Shown piece by piece: positions 9,404 to 18,024 of a stretch of DNA of 32,000 bases (position 1 is the stretch's first letter; each line of letters opens with the position of its first letter). A program made the translations under genes and the position numbers. The notes under the pieces are model-generated. The model saw nothing but the letters and a program-made list of their open reading frames with translations, was not told the DNA's origin and ran no database searches. Source of the stretch: an archaeon (lineage in GTDB: Archaea > Asgardarchaeota > Thorarchaeia > Thorarchaeales > Thorarchaeaceae); NCBI GenBank assembly GCA_024275415.1, contig JAJRZD010000091.1:30001-62000 (forward strand), given 5' to 3'.

Positions 9404-9760
9404 CTAGTTAGATTCCTCCTCATGTTCCCTTCCATCACCCATAAACTCTGGGATGAGAGTTCCTTCATCCAAAGCCCCTTTTTCATAGGCTTCTTTTGCT
9501 TCTTCTCTTTCTGAAAGGAAAATCGCCATGTCAGGACATATCATCTCACAGAACCCACAATTCACACAAGCATCAAGGTCACATGTTGTGACAGGGTGAT
9601 AGCCTTTCTTGTTGTATTTCGAGAAGTCTGCACACAAGACCTTCTTGGGGCAGAATTGAATGCACAAATCACACTGTTTGCATTGCTCTTGTAGGATAAC
9701 GAGAACCTTTTGTCTTGTTCGAGGAGGTTTAGGAATTATGGGCTTTCGTACAGATGACAT
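9404..9760 (-). CDS. korD: 2-oxoacid:ferredoxin oxidoreductase delta subunit (2x[4Fe-4S] ferredoxin)
   Basis: CKQCDLCIQFCP and CVNCGFCEMICPD. Its stop codon abuts the korA ATG. Confidence 0.88.
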   Translation of the reverse strand: MSSVRKPIIPKPPRTRQKVLVILQEQCKQCDLCIQFCPKKVLCADFSKYNKKGYHPVTTCDLDACVNCGFCEMICPDMAIFLSEREEAKEAYEKGALDEGTLIPEFMGDGREHEEESN

Positions 9761-10002
9761 TACCGTGGGTCTCCGCCAATTCGTTTCGGAGCATATTATC
9801 GGACAATACTCAGTCCGTCTGACTCTGCGCTAGAAGCTCACCTATTTTAGGCTTGCCGTGGAGGATATATTACCGTGGACAACCCTCGAATCGTTCGCTA
9901 TCGCTATAAGAGATCCTATGCAAAAGGGACAGAGTTAAAGGTGAGCGGATGCATAATCCACATGCGATCTGCTGGAGGAGTAGGTGCTTGTCCAACGAGG
10001 AA

Positions 10003-10452
10003 ATGTCAGAAGACGAACTGGCGAAAGAACTCAAGGGCAGGACACTGCGTGTCTATTGGTATATGCTCAGACATCCAGAACCACTGACCGCTAGAGAGAT
10101 TCAACGCGGTGCTGACCTTTCCAGTCCCTCGCTATCTATGCATCACCTTGAGAAGCTCCGCGAAATGGGCCTTGTCGAAAAGGACATGCATGGGCAGTAC
10201 ACCATCAAACGGGATGTACGAGTGGGTGTTCTGAGGCTTTTTGTGGGTAGAGGGAGGATGATGGTGCCACGGTTCCTCTTCTATGCCACGTTCTATACCT
10301 CTGTGACAGCGGCACTGACAACGATGCTTATCCGGTTCTTCGAGTGGTACTCGTTGATACTTCTCGCCCTCTTGATATCGTTGTGCGGTGTCCTCTGGTA
10401 CGAAGCATTCAGGATTTGGAGGGAACAACCATTTCCGGAGAGGAACGAATGA
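10003..10452 (+). CDS. Winged-helix transcription regulator with two C-terminal transmembrane segments
   Basis: ArsR-like wHTH (AREIQRGADLSSPSLSMHHLEKLREMGLVEK) followed by the hydrophobic stretches FLFYATFYTSVTAALTTMLI and YSLILLALLISLCGVLWY. ATG 10003 preferred to 9949. Confidence 0.8.
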   Translation: MSEDELAKELKGRTLRVYWYMLRHPEPLTAREIQRGADLSSPSLSMHHLEKLREMGLVEKDMHGQYTIKRDVRVGVLRLFVGRGRMMVPRFLFYATFYTSVTAALTTMLIRFFEWYSLILLALLISLCGVLWYEAFRIWREQPFPERNE

Positions 10453-11462
10453 GTTCTAAGAATAGAACTATGTACGAAATTAGCATAGATGATGTGATGT
10501 CTACGAAACGATTCTCTATGCAGTGTATACGACCCACCTTTATCAGCATAGATATCCGAAGGAAGACTCTCTGTTTCCTTTTCCTATTCTACCTTCTTTT
10601 TGCCCTTCCTTTCTCGTCCTCGATATTTCTCGTGTCAGAGAGCCAAGTGGGTCAAGGTTATCAGTTTCGTCCGACTGCGGAGCCCCCTGACCTTATTCTC
10701 ACATACTATTCAATGACAAACACTACCCCCGAAAACCTGGAATCAGGAGACCGGATTGCAGGCGACCACCTCACCCTGAATGCGACTTGGGTGCCAGGAG
10801 ATATCGTCAATGGCACCAAGATCCTAATCAATGCGACAGCAATCCCCAATGTTATTACGGCTTCGAGCAATATTAACACCGTAGAGATTGACACCCGTGC
10901 TCTCGGCAACAATGCGACATGTTTCATCAACGTGACAGCTTGGTTACTCAACGGCTCAACTATTTCCAAGACTTTTTCCAATGTGTTTCTTGGTAATTTC
11001 TTTGTCCCGTCTGTCAATGTTATTACGCCTAATGGAGGCGAGGTCTGGACAGGGACTCACAATATCACTTGGTCCGCAAAGGATGTGAATGCCGATGACC
11101 AACTGGTCTTCGAAGTCCACCTTTCTGATGATAATGGCACGACTTTCCAACTCCTCACTTCAGGAATCACTGAAACATGGTTGATGTGGGATTTCTCCTC
11201 CTTCGAGAACCTCTCCACATATGTGATAGAGGTTCGGGCATCTGACGGCATCTACGAGTCGATGGATCGGTCAGACAGCAGCTTCACCGCTGGTAGGATA
11301 AATCCAACTGAAACTTCCACCTCTGTGACAACCTCTACCACGGACATGTTTCCACCAACGAATGAATACGAAACACAACTTGCACTGTTTATAGCAGCTG
11401 CGATTATCGCGAGTGCTTTTCTCTCGGTCGTGGTATATTATCAAGCAAAGGATTTAACCTAA
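10449..11462 (+). CDS. Cell-surface, probably glycosylated protein with N-terminal hydrophobic segment and C-terminal membrane anchor
   Basis: Hydrophobic [15 protein letters not shown], many N-x-S/T sequons, a beta-rich [18 protein letters not shown]...SDDNG module, a Thr/Ser-rich linker and the C-terminal [23 protein letters not shown]. Start uncertain (10449 to 10518). Confidence 0.7.
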   Translation: MSSKNRTMYEISIDDVMSTKRFSMQCIRPTFISIDIRRKTLCFLFLFYLLFALPFSSSIFLVSESQVGQGYQFRPTAEPPDLILTYYSMTNTTPENLESGDRIAGDHLTLNATWVPGDIVNGTKILINATAIPNVITASSNINTVEIDTRALGNNATCFINVTAWLLNGSTISKTFSNVFLGNFFVPSVNVITPNGGEVWTGTHNITWSAKDVNADDQLVFEVHLSDDNGTTFQLLTSGITETWLMWDFSSFENLSTYVIEVRASDGIYESMDRSDSSFTAGRINPTETSTSVTTSTTDMFPPTNEYETQLALFIAAAIIASAFLSVVVYYQAKDLT

Positions 11463-12350
11463 GACTTTGTCCAAGAACGACTGTGTGGAAATCACATGTT
11501 TGTCGAGTCCAAGGTCATCAGGGTCTAGCCCCAATGCGAGTCCAATGAGCTGCGTGAGGTAGATTACAGGGATCTGGTATTTGTGCTCTCCCATCTCCTT
11601 GTTCAGCTGCATCTGTGATGCCTCGAATTGAAGATGGCAGAATGAACACGCATCCAAGATACAATCGGCCTCGGCATCTTGCACATTTTCCAGCTTTTCC
11701 TTGGCTATATCTACAGACACGGTCGCATTGCTGGCACGCACGCCTCCACCAGCCCCACAACAAGTGAATTTGTCCTTGTACTTCACACTCTCAGCTCCAG
11801 TCGCCTCGACAATCTCATCTAGGAATGTATGCTTCTGTTTCTGCTCCCACGGACGCAACTTACTGGGTTTAAGCAGGTGGCATCCATAGTGCACTGCCAC
11901 TTTGATTCCTGTCAGTGGGCGCTTCACCAGTGCTTTGATTGCCTCTGTACCCTTTTCATAGATTATCTCAACGACATGCTTTGCGTCGGATGTTGCCTTG
12001 TATTTGTATCCTACATCTTTCAAGATCTTTTGTACTTCTTTGAGCCGTTCTGGGTGTTCATGCACTGAATGGAGGGCTTCCTTGAATGTCCCATAGCACC
12101 CATTACATCCTGTGATGATATCATGTCCGGCCTTTTCAGCTAGGGCAAGGTTCCTGCTAGCCAGTGCTAGCCATGTTGGTTCATCGAATGAACGGATGAC
12201 GCCTGGGGCTGGGCAGCAACTCGCACCTTCAAGATCCTCAAGGACGATTCCAAGCTCAGGCATCACTATCCTGATGCTTTTTTCTATGTTCGGGAACCTA
12301 TTGGGCATCACACATCCTAGGAAGAACGAGTACGTTTGAGTTTCTGTCAT
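11454..12350 (-). CDS. hdrB: Heterodisulfide reductase subunit B (copy 1)
   Basis: Two CCG domains: GC, SCCPAPG, CNGC and HYGCH, CCGAGGG, CSFC. Confidence 0.93.
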   Translation of the reverse strand: MTETQTYSFFLGCVMPNRFPNIEKSIRIVMPELGIVLEDLEGASCCPAPGVIRSFDEPTWLALASRNLALAEKAGHDIITGCNGCYGTFKEALHSVHEHPERLKEVQKILKDVGYKYKATSDAKHVVEIIYEKGTEAIKALVKRPLTGIKVAVHYGCHLLKPSKLRPWEQKQKHTFLDEIVEATGAESVKYKDKFTCCGAGGGVRASNATVSVDIAKEKLENVQDAEADCILDACSFCHLQFEASQMQLNKEMGEHKYQIPVIYLTQLIGLALGLDPDDLGLDKHVISTQSFLDKVLG

Positions 12351-12355
12351 CAGTT

Positions 12356-12898
12356 TCAGCCCTCCACCTCTTCCTCAATCAGTTTCTTGAAACCGGTTTT
12401 TTCCATTATCCTCTTTACCTCGTCCAATGCATCGGGATGAGAATGGACCGTTGGGGGCACTTCGTCCATCTCAAGTTCTTTTCTCATCTCTTGGTTCGCA
12501 TCATCTAGAGGGACGGCATGTCCTGTCTGGAGAAGTTTCTTTGCTGTCTTCCTGTGTGGAGGCAGCATATACCCCTCCTCGACAGCCATGTTACGCATGA
12601 TGATGATTGCATCAGTTGTCCTGATTTGTCTTGGACAGCGCTCTAAGCACGTAAGGCATGTAGCACATAGCCAAAGATCCGAGCTGGACAGCACTTCGTC
12701 CTTCAGTCCTAGCACTGCCTTTCTCATGAGTTCACGAGTCCGAAAAGCCGTTCGTCGTCCGCTTGGGCAGACGCTTGAGCATGTTCCACATTGTATACAT
12801 GTGCGAATCCTGTCAGCTCCTGCCTCTACAAGTGCATCCACAAACTCTGGGTCGATGTTCTCCGTTTCGATGTTATCGCGTTCCATGCTGTCGTTCAT
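12356..12898 (-). CDS. hdrC: Heterodisulfide reductase subunit C (copy 1)
   Basis: [29 protein letters not shown] and TGHAVP. Start at ATG 12898 or 12886. Confidence 0.92.
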   Translation of the reverse strand: MNDSMERDNIETENIDPEFVDALVEAGADRIRTCIQCGTCSSVCPSGRRTAFRTRELMRKAVLGLKDEVLSSSDLWLCATCLTCLERCPRQIRTTDAIIIMRNMAVEEGYMLPPHRKTAKKLLQTGHAVPLDDANQEMRKELEMDEVPPTVHSHPDALDEVKRIMEKTGFKKLIEEEVEG

Positions 12899-13056
12899 CC
12901 TTGAAGCCCCTAAGCAGACCTCTATCGCATCCGTCGGCAAAATGCCCCTGATATAAGAGTGGCGTTTTCGACAATCAATTAGCGAAGTTTATTCTTTTTA
13001 TGCTATGGATAGGACTACGTGTCATCGCCTGTGTAAGGTCGTTTTGACTTGTTTGC

Positions 13057-14133
13057 TCAGATGGTGTACTCCTCATTGGATAACAGATGCACATTCCCAA
13101 CTCGTACGTTCTCAAGCCCACAATCCTTCGCCACTTTCAATGCCTCATCGGCATGTGTCCTGCTCGTCCGCGGAAGATCCGTCATGAAATGGCGCGGAGC
13201 AAAACCTAGAAGCGCAGTAGGGACTGAGGGATCGCAAACGCTGATGAATTCGCATAGGAGCGTGATCTCCTCCAGATCAATGTAACTTGGAATCAACAGG
13301 ATGCTGGCAACTAAGAACGTCTTCTCTTGTTCCTTCCCCATCTCTGCCAATCTCCTGAAATTGTTGAGCACTGCGACATTATCAGTTCCTGTCAGGGCCT
13401 TATAGAGGGATGGGGTTTTTGCCTTCAGGTCGAATTTGATGGTTCCTCCGCTTTCTATCACGACTGCTGCAATCTCGCTCAACCATTTTGATGAGATATT
13501 TCCATTCGTTTCATAGCAGACTGCAATCCCGCGTTCTGTGTACAGTATCTTTGAAGTATCGATGGAGTGCTGGGGGTTGCAAGAAGGATCCCCTCCAAAA
13601 TAGCATACACATGCGGTTCTGTCGTCTGCTGCTCTTGCAAGTTCTTGAGGCGTCATGAGCGGTCCCCCGTTCCGCATCATCTCTCGATAGCTTGCATTCT
13701 GACAGAATAGGCAATCGGAGTTGCAGGAGCCATAGAATACTGCAAGGTTCTTCAGTCGTTCTCGTTTCGTGCTAACATCATTGGATGAAGTCACCGGACA
13801 GACCCAGTCCGCAACGCAATTTGTAGGTAACGGGTCGAAATACCATGTCACTGGCACCGCATTACCATATCTGTCTTCGATACGTCCTTCTCTGACCTCT
13901 CGGTTATGACAAAAACCAATCCCCTCTTCTGAAGGCCTACAGTGCAATGCGCAGTCCGGGCAGACAACATCTCCTTCTTGAGGGGACTGTGGAACGAGAC
14001 CTGCTCTCCGACGTGTCGATCTGTGGATTTCATTAGAACGCCTATCGGACTCGTGGTTTGATGATATGCATCTGCCGCAGGCTCCTAATACCTTTGAGAC
14101 CAGTCGTTCGTTATGTTTGTCGCATCTCATCAT
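13057..14133 (-). CDS. Radical SAM protein (PFL-activase-like / AmmeMemoRadiSam-related)
   Basis: CNSDCLFC triad, YFGGDP, ETNG and FDLK, with an N-terminal CPDCALHC...GIGFC cysteine cluster. Confidence 0.88.
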   Translation of the reverse strand: MMRCDKHNERLVSKVLGACGRCISSNHESDRRSNEIHRSTRRRAGLVPQSPQEGDVVCPDCALHCRPSEEGIGFCHNREVREGRIEDRYGNAVPVTWYFDPLPTNCVADWVCPVTSSNDVSTKRERLKNLAVFYGSCNSDCLFCQNASYREMMRNGGPLMTPQELARAADDRTACVCYFGGDPSCNPQHSIDTSKILYTERGIAVCYETNGNISSKWLSEIAAVVIESGGTIKFDLKAKTPSLYKALTGTDNVAVLNNFRRLAEMGKEQEKTFLVASILLIPSYIDLEEITLLCEFISVCDPSVPTALLGFAPRHFMTDLPRTSRTHADEALKVAKDCGLENVRVGNVHLLSNEEYTI

Positions 14134-14235
14134 GCTCTATCTATCATCCTGTGGAGATGAGTGTTGCCGTTTCGGTTAACAATATTATGAAATGAATCTG
14201 CTATGTGGTAACGGATTTAAGGTCGAATACATAGC

Positions 14236-14811
14236 GTGAGTTATCGGTCGGTGGCCAATTTGACCAGTGCTGAAGAGAAAGTACCAATCGACATAGATAA
14301 TGTCGACCACGAGTTCGTTGCCCTGATAAAGAAGGCCGGAGGCCCCAATATACAGAGCTGCTTTCAATGCGGTACCTGTAGTGGTAGCTGTCCTGCGGGT
14401 GCGCGTACGAATTACCTTGTCCGAGGTATCATCCGCAAGGCGCTTCTTGGTCTGAAAGAAGAATGCATCTCGTCACCTGAACTCTGGTTCTGTACAACGT
14501 GCTATACCTGTACTGACAGGTGTCCACAGGATGTCCAACCCACAGAGGTGATCAAGGCCATCCGCAATATCGCAGTCCAGTCTGGGTATATGCTCGCACC
14601 GCATCAGAAAGTAGCACTCAATGTCTTGAAGACTGGTCATGCCGTCCCCTTGGGTGGTGAAACATGGGAAAAACTTCGTCAGAAGGTCGGTCTTGAAACA
14701 CGTCCACCCAACGCAAGCAGCCATCCTGATGCGATTGAGGAGATAGTGAAACTTGCAAAAGCTAGCGGCTTTGACAAGCTCGTAGCGGAGAAAGAAGAGA
14801 AAAAGGAGTGA
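14236..14811 (+). CDS. hdrC: Heterodisulfide reductase subunit C (copy 2)
   Basis: CFQCGTCSGSCP, LWFCTTCYTCTDRCP and TGHAVP. GTG start at 14236 or 14251. Confidence 0.92.
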   Translation: MSYRSVANLTSAEEKVPIDIDNVDHEFVALIKKAGGPNIQSCFQCGTCSGSCPAGARTNYLVRGIIRKALLGLKEECISSPELWFCTTCYTCTDRCPQDVQPTEVIKAIRNIAVQSGYMLAPHQKVALNVLKTGHAVPLGGETWEKLRQKVGLETRPPNASSHPDAIEEIVKLAKASGFDKLVAEKEEKKE

Positions 14812-14816
14812 ATTGA

Positions 14817-15761
14817 ATGGCGAAACAGAAGTTCATGCATTTCTTGGGATGTATCATCCCTCACAGGTATCCAAGCATCGAGAAAGCTGCAAGACTGGTC
14901 TTTGCTGACCTCGGCATCGAACTACTAGACATGGAGAAAGCATCCTGTTGTCCAGCCCCTGGCGTCTTCGGCTCTTTCGACAGGGTGACTTGGGCCACCA
15001 TTGCTGCACGGAACCTTACTATTGCCGAAGAAGCTGGCCATAATATCACGACCGGGTGCAATGGATGCTTCGCCAGCCTCTGGGATGCGAACCACGAACT
15101 CAAGCATGATGATGAACTCAGAGATGCCGTCAACGAGAACCTCGCAACTATCGACAGAGTGTTCAAGGGCACTGTCGAGGTCACACACTACGTGGACGCG
15201 CTCTATTCCGTCGCAGGACTCGAGAAGATTCGGGAAACCATAACCCGACCGTTCGACGGAGTACGAATGGCGCTACACCCAGGTTGCCATTGGATGAGGC
15301 CTAAAAACATAAAACAGAAGGACGATTCCGAGCGCCCCCATATCTTCAGGGATATCTGTGAGGCTTCGGGAGCCACATACGTCCCGTATAAGGATGAGTT
15401 AATCTGCTGTGGTGCAGGTGGGGCAGTACGGACTGCGGATGTCAAGACCGCACTTGATTTCACAAAACAGAAATTTGACAGTCTCTTGGAGGCCGGTGGT
15501 GCAGACATCATCGTGACACCATGTCCGTTCTGCGAGTTGCAGCTCGATCTCGGACAGGTGGAGATCCAGAAGCACTTTGAGGCAGAGTACCATTTCGACA
15601 TTATGCATGTGGTGGAGTTGCTGGCGCTGGCATTCGGGCATGAACCCGAGGAGTTCGGGTTGGCTACTCACCTACAGTACATGCAAAGGAAGAATGAGCC
15701 TGCATGGCAGGTGCTTGGCATCGAGCGACCAACAGCTGACGATGCCTCAGCCTCTGAATAG
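14817..15761 (+). CDS. hdrB: Heterodisulfide reductase subunit B (copy 2)
   Basis: GC, SCCPAPG, CNGC and HPGCH, CCGAGG, CPFC. Confidence 0.93.
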   Translation: MAKQKFMHFLGCIIPHRYPSIEKAARLVFADLGIELLDMEKASCCPAPGVFGSFDRVTWATIAARNLTIAEEAGHNITTGCNGCFASLWDANHELKHDDELRDAVNENLATIDRVFKGTVEVTHYVDALYSVAGLEKIRETITRPFDGVRMALHPGCHWMRPKNIKQKDDSERPHIFRDICEASGATYVPYKDELICCGAGGAVRTADVKTALDFTKQKFDSLLEAGGADIIVTPCPFCELQLDLGQVEIQKHFEAEYHFDIMHVVELLALAFGHEPEEFGLATHLQYMQRKNEPAWQVLGIERPTADDASASE

Positions 15762-15762
15762 C

Positions 15763-16044
15763 CTACTCAAGACCAACTGTCCTTTGTCGGAGCCGTTGTC
15801 GTATTCCCTGACAACCTTGTAAGAAATATGTGCGTGGTATCTCTGAACCGGCCGGTTGTTTTTGCAACGGGGCGAACCTGACATCATCATTTCCCCGAAC
15901 CGCCAAGGACTCGTAGTTTTTATTCTCCTTGCCGTGTCCTAACTGCCGCTTGAAGCAGGTATCATATAACCCAGTGCCGAACAACATGGCAAGAAATAGC
16001 GATAGTAATCCCACAAACAAAATGATGATTAGTGTATCAGTCAA
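15763..16044 (-). CDS. Small hypothetical protein with one N-terminal transmembrane segment
   Basis: TTG start downstream of GAGGTG, hydrophobic LIIILFVGLLSLFLAMLFG, and an upstream TATA-like GATATATT. Fills the gap between neighbouring genes. Confidence 0.45.
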   Translation of the reverse strand: MTDTLIIILFVGLLSLFLAMLFGTGLYDTCFKRQLGHGKENKNYESLAVRGNDDVRFAPLQKQPAGSEIPRTYFLQGCQGIRQRLRQRTVGLE

Positions 16045-16110
16045 CTTCGTTCCTACACCTCATTGAGACCTTCTCTGTGAGTATATCGGTTTCATTGAAT
16101 ATATCACTTC

Positions 16111-16129
16111 GTCATATGCTTCATATGAC
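16111..16129. promoter_or_regulatory. Perfect 8-3-8 inverted repeat GTCATATG-ctt-CATATGAC, candidate operator
   Basis: Read directly from the sequence. It lies 5 bp upstream (minus-strand sense) of the TATA-like element at 16098-16105. Confidence 0.45.
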
Positions 16130-16191
16130 ACTAACGAAACAGGTCATTTATGGCTCATGTATGTGCTTGGAAACAGAAACTTCTCGTCATC

Positions 16192-16824
16192 CTAGTACTT
16201 GAACAATGGGTCAGCTGTCCTGATGATCTTTGCACTAGTTGGATTGAGCATGACCAGCTCCTCTGCATATCTCCGATTCCTGATCTGCAGAATCAACATT
16301 CCCGAGTTTTTTGAGATGTCCAACACCTTTATTGCGCGTTCCAGTTTTGTTGGCCCGCTAGCAACTCCCGTTATGACCAGACCAATTACACAGACAGCTA
16401 GTAAAATGATTAGCAATGGATCTAACGCGTTGTCAAGCGCATAGGACGCCACTAAAGACGCTCCCAATAATAATGCAAGGACGATAAGAAGCCCATTACA
16501 GAAGCCGCATGGCCCCCGCAACTTTGCAGTTTCCTCGAATGAAATCGCATGCCTTTCGCAGGTTGGGATTGTAATTCGCGTAACAGTGCTCCATCTTGGA
16601 GTCCGCCTGGTAAAGTTATGGTATCCGCCTCCGCCTATAGACCATGGATGACCACTTCCTACAAAGGAAATATGGCTGGTGTTTCGCTGTGCTTCCAATC
16701 GGTCACGCGCTGAGATCGCAGGAATAGTCCCCTCATCAGTCGCTGGCTCGTTGCATACTGGACATCTCATTGGCAGGTTTGGTCTTTGTCCCATCACCTG
16801 AATGATGTATTCTCTTTTATCCAA
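16192..16824 (-). CDS. Hypothetical membrane protein with a probable split Zn-binding motif and two TM helices
   Basis: CPVC near the N-terminus, PTCERH before two hydrophobic segments, and a soluble C-terminal tail. Confidence 0.7.
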   Translation of the reverse strand: MDKREYIIQVMGQRPNLPMRCPVCNEPATDEGTIPAISARDRLEAQRNTSHISFVGSGHPWSIGGGGYHNFTRRTPRWSTVTRITIPTCERHAISFEETAKLRGPCGFCNGLLIVLALLLGASLVASYALDNALDPLLIILLAVCVIGLVITGVASGPTKLERAIKVLDISKNSGMLILQIRNRRYAEELVMLNPTSAKIIRTADPLFKY

Positions 16825-16949
16825 CCTTCTTTGCCCCTACTCAGAGAAACCATGCTTTAGCACAATGGCATCATACACATGTACGAATGTATATCTTGCG
16901 AAATCGATGAACTATCTAGTATAAGGTTCCTGCCGGCAGTAATATGCGT

Positions 16950-17945
16950 TCACTCCTCGACTATGTGAATCATGTTCTCCCTTCCCTCCCTGAATCTCCT
17001 GATCAACCCCCGTTGTTCGAGTCCGGTGAGAATCATGCTGGCTAGGGACTGTGACATGTCAAGCTCGCGATAGATTTCCCTCTGTGGACATGAACCCCCC
17101 CTCTTGCTGAGGAATCTTAGGATATCATTCTCTTGTTGTGTCACTCCTCCTTGTGCGACTATTTTCGGAGTACGAATCGCTCTTATCATCCTTGGCGCCC
17201 TCTCTACGATAATGACTGCCATTGCTCCGCTCAGGACTGCAATGAGAAACAAGAGGATGTCATTTACACCATCATCGATATTCACATGCGTTCTCATAGG
17301 AATCCCATACTTCACGATATAGACCCGTTCCTGTCCTGGAAGAATCTGGTCTGCTTCCCAGACAAACACTAAACTCAGTCCATTGGTATGATTGCTTGTG
17401 GGACTCGGAAATAATGAAGGGCTCTCTGTGTCCAATACGGCGTGTTGGGGTAGGACTGCAACGAATTTGAATTGACGGAACTCGTGCAACGGCCGTACAT
17501 AGAATATCATGTTCTCCAAAGTAAGACCCCTTTCCTCAACAGATCCTAGTTGCTCCTGCAAGGTTTCACTCCTCATCTCAACAATCGTCAACAGGGAAGA
17601 ACCGGCATCCAACTGCACAGGTCCCAATGACACCAATGAGTACCTTTCTCTCTCCGAGTTGCTCGCCGAAACCGAGTTACCATCAACAGTAGCCCTGAGA
17701 ATCTCAATGCTGCGAACCTCAATTCGTATGTCAATGTTAGTAACAACTGCTGTTCCTGTATTCGTCACGTTGGCAGAGAAGATAATGTGACTTGTACCAT
17801 TGGCATTCATCCCGACCTCGATCACAACATCACTAAATAGTATGTCTGCATCTGTTGTCTGTGCATTCACAGAGGTTGGTGAAAAAAAGAATAACACTGC
17901 TATAACAAGCAGGATAGTAATCTTTTTTCTACCAACAGACATCAT
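16950..17945 (-). CDS. Single-pass membrane protein with extracellular beta domain and cytoplasmic C-terminal wHTH (COG2512-like)
   Basis: Signal peptide (KKITILLVIAVLFFFSPTSVNA), beta-rich ectodomain, TM ILLFLIAVLSGAMAVIIV, and a MarR-like wHTH (PQREIYRELDMSQSLASMILTGLEQRGLIRRFREGREN). Confidence 0.8.
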   Translation of the reverse strand: MMSVGRKKITILLVIAVLFFFSPTSVNAQTTDADILFSDVVIEVGMNANGTSHIIFSANVTNTGTAVVTNIDIRIEVRSIEILRATVDGNSVSASNSERERYSLVSLGPVQLDAGSSLLTIVEMRSETLQEQLGSVEERGLTLENMIFYVRPLHEFRQFKFVAVLPQHAVLDTESPSLFPSPTSNHTNGLSLVFVWEADQILPGQERVYIVKYGIPMRTHVNIDDGVNDILLFLIAVLSGAMAVIIVERAPRMIRAIRTPKIVAQGGVTQQENDILRFLSKRGGSCPQREIYRELDMSQSLASMILTGLEQRGLIRRFREGRENMIHIVEE

Positions 17946-18024
17946 TTCATTGACACCTTATACTGCTCCACTAATATTCCTTTACAGTATCACTATTGGA
18001 GAGTTATTTACTCCCTTCTGGATG

